Shown piece after piece: positions 55,425-64,000 of a stretch of 64,000 nt of DNA (position 1 is the stretch's first letter; every line of letters starts with the position of its first letter). The stretch is from Perna viridis (Eukaryota). The notes under the pieces were generated by a model, which was not told the origin of the DNA, ran no database searches, and saw only the letters and a list, made by a program, of their open reading frames with translations. Location: positions 38,564,001 to 38,628,000 of the forward strand of contig CM074512.1 of assembly GCA_037379345.1 (NCBI GenBank), read 5' to 3'. The translations under genes and the position numbers were made by a program.

Positions 55425-55780
55425 AAAATAGCGGCGGTCTTAAAGTACTTCAAAAATTGGCGTGATCACTTCCCCCCCCCTCCCTTTTAAATCTGGCCAC
55501 TGTGGCAGAATATCACATAATTTTACACATTTAAAAACCAGTTCAAAAAAGGTCAGACTCCCTTGTTAAAACGGAAATAAAGAAACTGATTATAGGTTAC
55601 ACAAATAAACGAACAAAGTACTACTAGCAATTGAATGGCATTCCAGCTCCAGACCAGTTTAAATCTACAAAACGTTTGTAAAACCAATCCCAATTCTTCC
55701 CATGCGAGGTTGAGAACCATGGTACATCTTAAGTCATACATAAGGACACAACCCGTGTCATGTTAAAAACTGCTTTTAAA
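55425..55780 (+). repeat. Direct repeat copy 1, upstream of the C1q gene
   Basis: Aligns to 57548-57910. Exact blocks: GAAATAAAGAAACTGATTATA (55574/57689) and ATAAGGACACAACCCGTGTCATG (55740/57871). Confidence 0.88.
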
Positions 55781-56292
55781 TATAGTGTGTTGGATTTTAT
55801 GTAAACAACCTATGAGCGAGTCAATGTTAATACCAAAAAATGCTATCTTCACCGATTGACAACAATATCATTACTTTATTCCTTACAAATTGGTTAGTTA
55901 ACTTATTGGGTGAGTGTTGACCTTTCCGTGCTTTGTGAAGAATATTGTCATAAAATAAAGGGTGGGAGATAACCGCGCGTATTAATCGTTTACAAATACG
56001 AATGAGTTCGTTGAATCGGTTAAAAAATTTTGTGAATGGTTTTTTTTTTTTCGAGTTTGTTCATCGAAAACCTTGACGTAGTAATTTCTGGTAAACTATT
56101 TCGGTAAGTTTCTTTCCCCTTGAACGATAAATTCGGAGCTTTTCTGAGAAATCAGAATTACAGCTGCTGTTTGCATGGGATATGATTAAAATGTAAAATA
56201 ATATTTTCGCATAGAAATAAAATTGCTTCACTAGTCACGCGACTATCTATTTGACGTTATCATCCATACTGAACGTGAACAAAATTTTCAAA

Positions 56293-56428
56293 ATGATGTA
56301 TAAGTTTTTTTTCATCGTACTGATAGCTCTGAGTAATGGTTGCAACCATTTGAAGAGTAATCATCTTCTTAGAAACATAGTACGTCGCCTGGAAACCTTG
56401 GAGAAAACACAAAGAAATAATTACCCAG
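56293..56428 (+). CDS. Secreted C1q-domain-containing protein, coding exon 1 (signal peptide and short coiled-coil-like segment)
   Basis: MMYKFFFIVLIALSNG-CNHLKSNHLLRNIVRRLETLEKTQRNNYP, ending CAG|GTAAGC in phase 1, in frame with the exon at 56888. Confidence 0.85.
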
Positions 56429-56887
56429 GTAAGCGTTTGCTCCGAACAATGTATTTTTTTATTTTATTTTTTTAAATACATGAATATTTTCATCCAATGT
56501 TAGAATATCTGACCCATACAATAACAAATATATATATCGGTAGGATAATTAAGTGTATTTTTACGTTAAAGTACGAAGCTGATCATACTTATGACACTGA
56601 TGGAAATGATAGATTGATTCGACGTGACCACGTGAACAGTTTGGAGAGTCTACAAGATTTCGCAGGAACAGATGCTCATAAAGGGAGCTGCTGTTATATA
56701 TGCAAAGCCTTGCGTGTAGAATCTGTCCTTGCCTTGTCCCTTTATAATAATGTTTTTGGACACGAAGTTTTATGTATCTCTAGTTTAATTTTAAATGTAA
56801 TTCCTTAATTTCAGTTTGTCAAAATAAAACAAGAAACATCTTAATATTCTCAAGTGATAAATCAAACTTTTACTTTCTTCACAACAG

Positions 56888-57303
56888 CACCAATTGTCCA
56901 AGGATCTAACCAAAGGCCCACCGAAGCTTTTAGTGCCTATGTTGGTAGAGATACAAAGTTCAAGCGAGGGGAAGTATATATATTTGACAAAGTTTTGTTA
57001 AATATAAACGGAATTTACAACAAACGTACTGGGAAAGCTTCAATACTATCAAGCGGTAACTATGTCATAACGTGGCATGTGTTAGCTAATGGTAGATATT
57101 GGGACTACCCATACCTGAAAGTGAACGGTGCTACGAAAGGCTATGCTGCCTGCCACTCAAATGTTGGACCGGTGCGATCGAGCTGTGGAAACTCGATGAT
57201 ATTATCGCTAAAGAGAGGTGATAAAATATGGATTGAAGAGCGCGGCAGTGGGCCTCAAGATGTCCAAGCAGGATTTTCATCTTTTTCGGTGTTCAAACTA
57301 TGA
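56888..57303 (+). CDS. Secreted C1q-domain-containing protein, coding exon 2 (globular gC1q domain)
   Basis: Acceptor TTTCTTCACAACAG|. gC1q motifs AFSAY, YIFDKVLLNINGIYNKRTG, GNYVITW, LKVNG, SMILSLKRGDKIWI, SSFSVFKL*. AATAAA at 57326-57331. Spliced product is 183 aa with no collagen repeats. Confidence 0.93.
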
Positions 57304-57547
57304 GAGCATCCACACTTTGTGAGATAATAAAATCATTAACTTAGACTAGATCTATAATTTAGCCAAAATTTACAAGTGTATCACCCACTTTAATGCCCAT
57401 GGTGTATATAGTGACCTAAATCCACGCAAATATTGCGGGCCATACAATAGTCGCGTATTAAAGAACTTAAGAATTTTGCATATATTAATTAACTGTTATG
57501 TTTTAATCGCATGAACCAGACAATAAACCAAGATATTGTCGGGAACA

Positions 57548-57910
57548 TAAATGTGGCAGGGTTAAAGCACTTTAATTGTCGTGATCACAATCTTCCCTCT
57601 TTTATATCTGGCCATTGTGGAAAAAAAATCATACAATTAAACATACCTAAATATCAGTTGAAAAAGGTCTGAGTTCCTTGTTAAAACAGAAATAAAGAAA
57701 CTGATTATACGTTACACAAATGAACAAACAAGGACTAATAGCAGTTCTCACTGACATACCAGCTCCAGGCCAGTTTAAACCTACTAAAAGTTATGTCCTC
57801 GTCGTATGTAATATACATCTCAATTCTTCACATGCGGGTTTGGGAATCACGGTACACCGCAAGTCATACAATAAGGACACAACCCGTGTCATGACAAAAA
57901 GTATTTTAAA
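57548..57910 (+). repeat. Direct repeat copy 2, downstream of the C1q gene
   Basis: Same orientation as 55425-55780, offset ~2.12 kb. Confidence 0.88.
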
Positions 57911-58155
57911 AACATTTGATAGAGCACAGCTAGATTGTACATAGTTATAAATGGCAATCCATCAGCAGTTCCATCAGTAATATCTGCTGGGAATTAAGTA
58001 TATCACAGGGCATTGTCCTTGGTCTATTCTTTTCCTAATTTAGATGATTTACTTTAATATCTAAAACATGATTGACTCAGATTATTTGCTGACGATGGCA
58101 TTGTACATAGAGAAATCAACTTAATTACAAGTACATTAATTAAAACAATCTTTTA

Positions 58156-58175
58156 TGTGTGTGTGTGTGTGTGTG
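58156..58175. repeat. (TG)10 microsatellite upstream of NUSAP1
   Basis: Perfect TG run read directly. Confidence 0.9.
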
Positions 58176-58386
58176 AACTATCAGGCCGTAAAATAAAATC
58201 CTTATAGCATTTTAAAGTAGGATTAGCTTGATTTAAAAAGTGTTCTTAAACAAGCCCTTGAATTTCAATGTTTTCTTCCATAATTCTAAATATGGTTGAA
58301 CATTTTAAGAAGTAAAAAAATATAAGGTAAAGGGACAAACATTGAAAGGTACTATTGTGCGATGTACCGAGTTGACAGAAAGTTTT

Positions 58387-58420
58387 GGCCAATCAGAACC
58401 CATGACACATAATTCGAATT
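58387..58420 (+). promoter_or_regulatory. NUSAP1 proximal promoter: CCAAT box and CHR-like element
   Basis: GGCCAATCAG (CCAAT 58389-58393) and TTCGAA (58413-58418), 60-90 nt upstream of the ATG. NF-Y plus CHR is the known architecture of G2/M genes. Confidence 0.55.
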
Positions 58421-58475
58421 TGTTTTTCTGACGGCAGCTGGTCTTCGCACGCAAAAACACTAATCACACAAAAAG

Positions 58476-58565
58476 ATGGATCTAGACATTGAAAAAATAC
58501 ACGAGTTGAAGTACAGTGAAATGCAAAAACTTGCTAAAAGTGTTGGCATTAAAGCTAACATGAAG
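58476..58565 (+). CDS. NUSAP1: Nucleolar and spindle-associated protein 1, first coding exon (SAP-like N-terminus); rest of the gene not identified in the window
   Basis: MDLDIEKIHELKYSEMQKLAKSVGIKANMK|GTAATG closely resembles the NuSAP N-terminal motif (L-K-Y-S-D/E-L-Q-x-L-A-K-S-x-G-x-x-A-N). Phase-0 donor; cell-cycle-type promoter directly upstream. Confidence 0.8.
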
Positions 58566-59577
58566 GTAATGATAAGTTGTCCTGCGGCAGTGCAATGCCG
58601 ACGGTTAAGTTAAAGTATTTTACCATCCCGTCCCAGGGGCTCCCTCATTTTTGTTCCACTCACACTGCATGAATATATCCGGAAAATATGGGTTCATTAT
58701 TATAGAGAACAGTCTCTGTTTAAATTACTACAATAATTTTGAGGTCGTGTGGTTATGTGGAATGTATTACATCTGTAAGGCTGTATCGGCTGTAACTGTA
58801 AGGCTGTATCTTATGAGAGACATAAATGTCGCCTTCTTTAGAAGGATATAATCTTGTAAATCAGTATTTTGTCTTTTATTTAATAAGTATTATAAAATTC
58901 AAAGTAATATGTGATAACTATTGTGGGGAAAAGAATTTTTTAAGCAAACATGAACTGAGGCCAGTGAGGGGTTGGACTTTAACTTCATTTATTGCTGGTG
59001 AACAGGACTACTTAGAGGTAAAACAGGTAGTCCTCAGACGGTTATAACAGTTCTGTTCTTAGATCTTATGAAAAATAAGACAAAATTTAGATAGCTGATT
59101 GGACTACCATGAAAAGTAGTCCTCCAAAATTAGGGTGGCACAAGACTACCGAACTACTGTTAATCAGTGTCAATCCCAGTGCTGCATTAGAAAAAAAAGT
59201 TATTACTAACAAAGAGTAGATGTACCAACTATAATAAATATCTGCTTTCCAGAGGCCTGTTTTTCCTCAGTCTAGAAAACTACCATGATGCTGTACAGGG
59301 CCTAATCTAAAAAGTGATGACGTGGAGAAGTTTAATAACATTTTTTGTCTATATAATATGTTACAAACAAATGGGAGACGTGAGCATAAACAAGGAGAAG
59401 TTATTGCTCATTTCTCCTTCAAGATTAGGCCCTGACTGTGAGACCCAAGTGCAGCTATGCCAATTTTATACAACTATAAAATGTACATGTTGCTCACTGG
59501 CTATCCAAACCCTGTGAGTTTTCTCAGTACATGTAGGGTGCTAAAAGTAAACAAAGCTCATGAATCACCTCACTAAC

Positions 59578-60051
59578 TAAGGCCAAAATGAATTAATTGT
59601 GTGTTTCATGTTTCACCTAACAAAGAATAAGGTAGGGTGCATGTACATGTAGGTAGAAAGGAAAAAAACTTCTTTAATTGTTTTTAAACAAAGAATTTTA
59701 AACAAAAACAACAACAAAATTCCTGGTGCTTTTTCTGTCGACATTGGAAATGGAGGTACATGTTAGGTCAGGAAACCAGAAACACACAATTAATTTGTTA
59801 TACCCTCAAAAACTTTGTTTGCAGGGGTATAATAAATTTAGGTTCACATCTGTCCAAACTATTTTCTAAGAAGCTTGCAGGATTGTTATGAAACTTCGTG
59901 GGGTGCAGGGTTCTCAGGGACAAGAGCTCCCAGGTCCCTGACTTCGGAAAATTCTCAATCCAATTGCCTAAATCTACACCAGTTATACGATTACTCAACA
60001 TGAAGTTGGCTTGATGGTTAATTTGTGCAACTTTAATCCAAGCCTTTGGCC
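59578..60051. mobile_element. MITE with terminal inverted repeats, right end apparently interrupted by a Helentron/HINE-like fragment
   Basis: TAA-GGCCAAAA...AATTAATTGTGTGTTTC...CCTAACA (59591-59622) is inverted to TGTTAGG...GAAACACACAATTAATT (59761-59795). Next come a short IR TTATACCC/GGGTATAA (59798-59832) and a stranded TTTGGCC at 60045. Confidence 0.45.
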
Positions 60052-63000
60052 AATAAAACAGCGGCTCAGACCATTAGCACATGTGAAAATATAATCATAG
60101 AATCGTAAAATGAATGAAATCGATGATTAATACTTCCTAACTGCCCAGTACTTTGTTAGAATTAATTGAAGTCCATTTGATGACCAGACACACATTACAA
60201 TTTGAACAAGAAAAGATAAATTTATTTTAACAGTATTAAAATTTTTAACATATTCAGAACATGGTATAAAAATCTGTATATATGGGACATGTATCCAAGA
60301 AATGCTAAAAACACTTAACAAAAACCTTTAGGAGGCATACTAAATGATGATAGGATAGTCCAATATGTGTTTGTACAGAAAGCAAGTAATAATGCAAGCA
60401 AAAGTTATCTTTTGTTGTAAATTTTTTTTTTCTTTTTTCATAACCACTATAATCCGTTAAAAGTATGAGATATTATTCTAAACCTATTAAAAAATTTCAT
60501 CTAAATTCAAAATTGATAAAAATGTCATGATCAAAATAACTTTAAAGTTTTTCCAAGGTTTTACACACATGATATTGATAGTTTAAGGAGAATTCATACT
60601 TATTCCAAAAATAATCACAATGAAACTTCAAGAAGTAAGCATTTGGTTATTATTTGAAAAATAAAACAATTAATTATGTAAATGTGCGAAAATTACTTCA
60701 TTGCTTTCTCAAATTGTAAAATTAAAATTAAAAACTTCAAAAATAGTATTAAATAACTCCTATTTAAGTCACATTTAAATTTTAACAATACAAAGTACAA
60801 ATTTGTCCCATAGGTAAGCTTTTGGATATAAGTGAGAAAAGTGCATTAACTAACACTGTTTTATCAAAAATAGCTGATGGTCATGTGTACATGTATAAGG
60901 AAGGGTACCATTTGATAAAAAGTATGCAATAAAAAATGATAGAAAATAAATAATCATAAATGGTGGTGTCATAATAGTTGACTTGCTGCCTCACTACAAG
61001 AATAGTGACAAATCTTGTTCACACAACACTTGATCAAATTAAAACTGATTTCCTAACTCTTTCGTAGAGGATCTGAAGGCTACTTTAATACAGTTTCAGC
61101 TTAATCACCTCTATATATATGTGTTAAATTTCAGAAAGCACTTGGTCATCTGAGAAAGGTCTTTCAATACAACAAGGGTGTCATGCATATATTAATCATG
61201 CAGTTAAATTTACTCAGTTTGCAAATTATGATGCAACCTTCATTTTCAAAAGTTGGCAGGTTAGCAATAAGAATACAAATTACTGACTTAACACAAACAT
61301 ACAAAATCAATGTCCCTTTTTTGTTGAAAAAAAAATGCTACACAATAAAGTGCCCTCTTCCCTGTGCCCCTCTATTTTCAAATCCTAACTAGAACACTGC
61401 ATATAATTGTTCTTACTGAAATAACTATTTATTTAAATGAGTTTTAGACATCCAATTGATACATTTCTAAAAGTTTGCTTCCAAATCTGTTTTTTTGGGC
61501 AGATGATTTATTTCTCCATTCAGTTGTCCTGAATGTCAAGCTCTTGTTTTCATTGTTACTAGTTTCATTTAAAGCATTTAGATCATGTTGATTGTTTTCA
61601 TCTTTTGAGTCACTGTTTTTAGCTAAGAGTTTTTGTCTATAGATTCTTTTTCTATTTCTTTCTTTAGATTTTATTTTTTCCTGGAGTTTTTTGTCAGTTT
61701 TTGCTTTTGTGCATCTCTTAATGCTTTTTATTTCAGCCTTTCATTACTCTTTATATTTTCAAACTTTTGTTTACATTTGGGATCTGATTTTATTTTGTCT
61801 CTGTATTTCTTCACATATTTATTTGGCCTTTTTCACAAAAAATCGTAAGAGTAAAATTAGTCAAAGTTATGATGTCACAATACTTTTATTTACTATGACG
61901 TCATAACTTACAACTAATTTTACACTTTTACATTATAAAAATACTTGAATAAAATGATGCATTTAGGCTAAGAATCTGATAAAATATGTTCTGAAAGTTG
62001 AATTTTTTAAATATTTTTTGGGTGGGTGGGTTTGTTCTTGGGTAGTTTACTCCATTTTTTGTTTTTTTTTGGTAGAAAATTTCTGAGTAATACATGGGTA
62101 ACCAATACTACATGGAACTGTTCAATTTCAAATTTTACCTATATATGACAAAAATTTTTTCTCAAAATAGCCTTTTACAAATCAAGATAAAATCTTATGT
62201 ATGGGACAAGTTGACATTAATTTTTCTGAACTTAAAATTTACTTTGGAAGTGATATTTTTGTCTTGCTATGCATGTGTATTGGTGGTTGGAGGATATTCC
62301 TCAAGAGAAGCAACATTTTTCTTCTTAATAGATTTTTTCAACTTCTTAAAAATACCAAAAAATGTTCATGCTTTACATTTTAATATGTACATACTTCATC
62401 TAATTATTCAAAGATAAAGATGTAATTGTGGTACTGATTCATGTGAACATTTGAAGGTCAGATGGTGCTACACATGTGGAATGCTGAAAAACCCATGTGC
62501 TCCTTGTTATATTATAGTAGTAAACAAGATGGCTGTATGTATGGGACATTTATTGATGACAATTATGGACTATAAAAAATTTATTAAGTTTAAAATAAAT
62601 TACCTTTCTCAGAAATATGGTTCCATTCTTCTTGGCTGATGCAATCCCATTGAGTTATCTCCTTTTGTTTGGGTTTAGGTATAATAGGTATTACGTATGG
62701 GACAGCTTTGTTTTGGAAAATTTTATCCTTATTTAAAATTATGGGGTTTTTTTTTGGCATAAATTTATTTTATTCTCACCTTTTTTTATGTAATGAAAAT
62801 TACTTGTTAAAGCAATAAAATTAAAGTGAAACAACAGGAAAAAGATTAATCTTTTTTTTCTATTGGCCATATTTATAAAGGTACTGAGATGAAATTTGCC
62901 CTGATTACACTCCCCATCACTAGAAACATTTAGCATTAAGAAAGGCAAATTGAATTCAATATATATATGTTCTATTTATCATATCGAATGTCAGAAATTT

Positions 63001-64000
63001 CCCTTTTAGCTGGACATACTTATTTACAAAACAGTCATATGTTGAAAACACAGGACAACTTTGAAAAAGTAGATTTTTTCTACTGTCCACCCTTTTTATG
63101 CAAATTTGCCCATTTTTTGGGTACTTAAAATTGAATATCTTGGAAACATGTCACAGCAAATCCCTGAAAGTTATCTATTATTTAGACAATATATATACAC
63201 ACATTTTTATTTTTAAACCAAACTGCTAGTCCCTTCTTTTATGCAAATTTTAAGCAATTAAAATAATTTGCTTAAAATATGACCCTTATGCACTAGTCCA
63301 CATACATGTATCCTATAGATGATAGAGGTTGTCTTACAAACTACATGTATTTTCTTTCTTTGTGAAATCATAGCACCTCTCTAAAAATTTCTCAAAATAA
63401 AAAGATAACACATCTTCAGTTTTTAGTAATTGTTTATGCAAGTGCAGTTCTATCCACTTGTGAAAGTATTCACATATCCATGGATGTATTTTTGTACTGT
63501 TTGGTATTGAAAATTGTATAAAACAGAATTTTGAAAATGAAAAAATAGCTAGTTTTTTTGTTTTTTTTTTAATCATTGTAGACACTTATAATATCCTAAG
63601 ATGTAAAATGTGGATGTGAGTATCATGCAACTACATATAAAATCTGTATTATTATTATGAAGTTGTCAAACTATCCAGAGCTTAAATTTATAAAGTTTGC
63701 ATTAATGGTTTCCATGGTAATGAATCCATTGAAAACAGCAAATTTTACTTTATGGTAGTTATGATTAACATTAAATGTTGGTTTCCATGGCAACCTGTTC
63801 ATAAAAATAAAAATTTCTGCTAATATCAATGTTAATATGTCATAAAGACTTATTTCAGTTATTATAAAGAAATTTGAAAGTGAAGTTTCCATGTGATTTT
63901 AAAGGAAATTGCTCTAAAATTGGTAGTTCACGCTATTTTGTGAAGAATGCTGCATATAAGTGACAACTGGTTGGCTAGGAGTCAGAATGACAAAGTCATG

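Noticed and set aside
56104-56214. Possible 5' UTR intron of the C1q gene (CG|GTAAGT...CATAG|)
   Set aside because: Plausible signals, but no independent evidence.
61135-61392. Candidate second NUSAP1 exon after TTTCAG|
   Set aside because: Translation lacks the expected continuation of the NuSAP motif, and no convincing donor was found.

Overview
AT-rich, intron- and repeat-rich eukaryotic DNA with three assembly gaps. Gene content and repeat types point to a bivalve mollusc (probably Mytilus-like; inference). Most ORFs in the supplied track are spurious or repeat-derived. Four genes are supported by reading the splice junctions. (1-2) Two paralogous three-exon globin genes arranged tail-to-tail (+ strand 9779-14840, 191 aa; - strand 41161-35456, 193 aa). 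Both have the ancestral B12.2/G7.0 introns, His E7/His F8, and an N-terminal MGNxxTxC extension predicting myristoylation plus palmitoylation (membrane-anchored, GbX/neuroglobin-like). (3) A two-exon secreted C1q-domain gene (56293-57303) bracketed by ~360-bp direct repeats. (4) The first coding exon and a CCAAT/CHR promoter of NUSAP1 (58476-58565). Between the globins is a ~6.2-kb foldback structure with ~1.1-1.2-kb inverted arms ending at TTAA. The globins show patchy synonymous divergence that suggests gene conversion over the distal-histidine helix. The rest is decayed Penelope-like retroelements (a 5'-truncation ladder with a structured 3' region), tRNA-derived SINEs, MITE-like palindromes and micro/minisatellites. 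No prokaryotic-type system, rRNA, intact tRNA or CRISPR array is seen.
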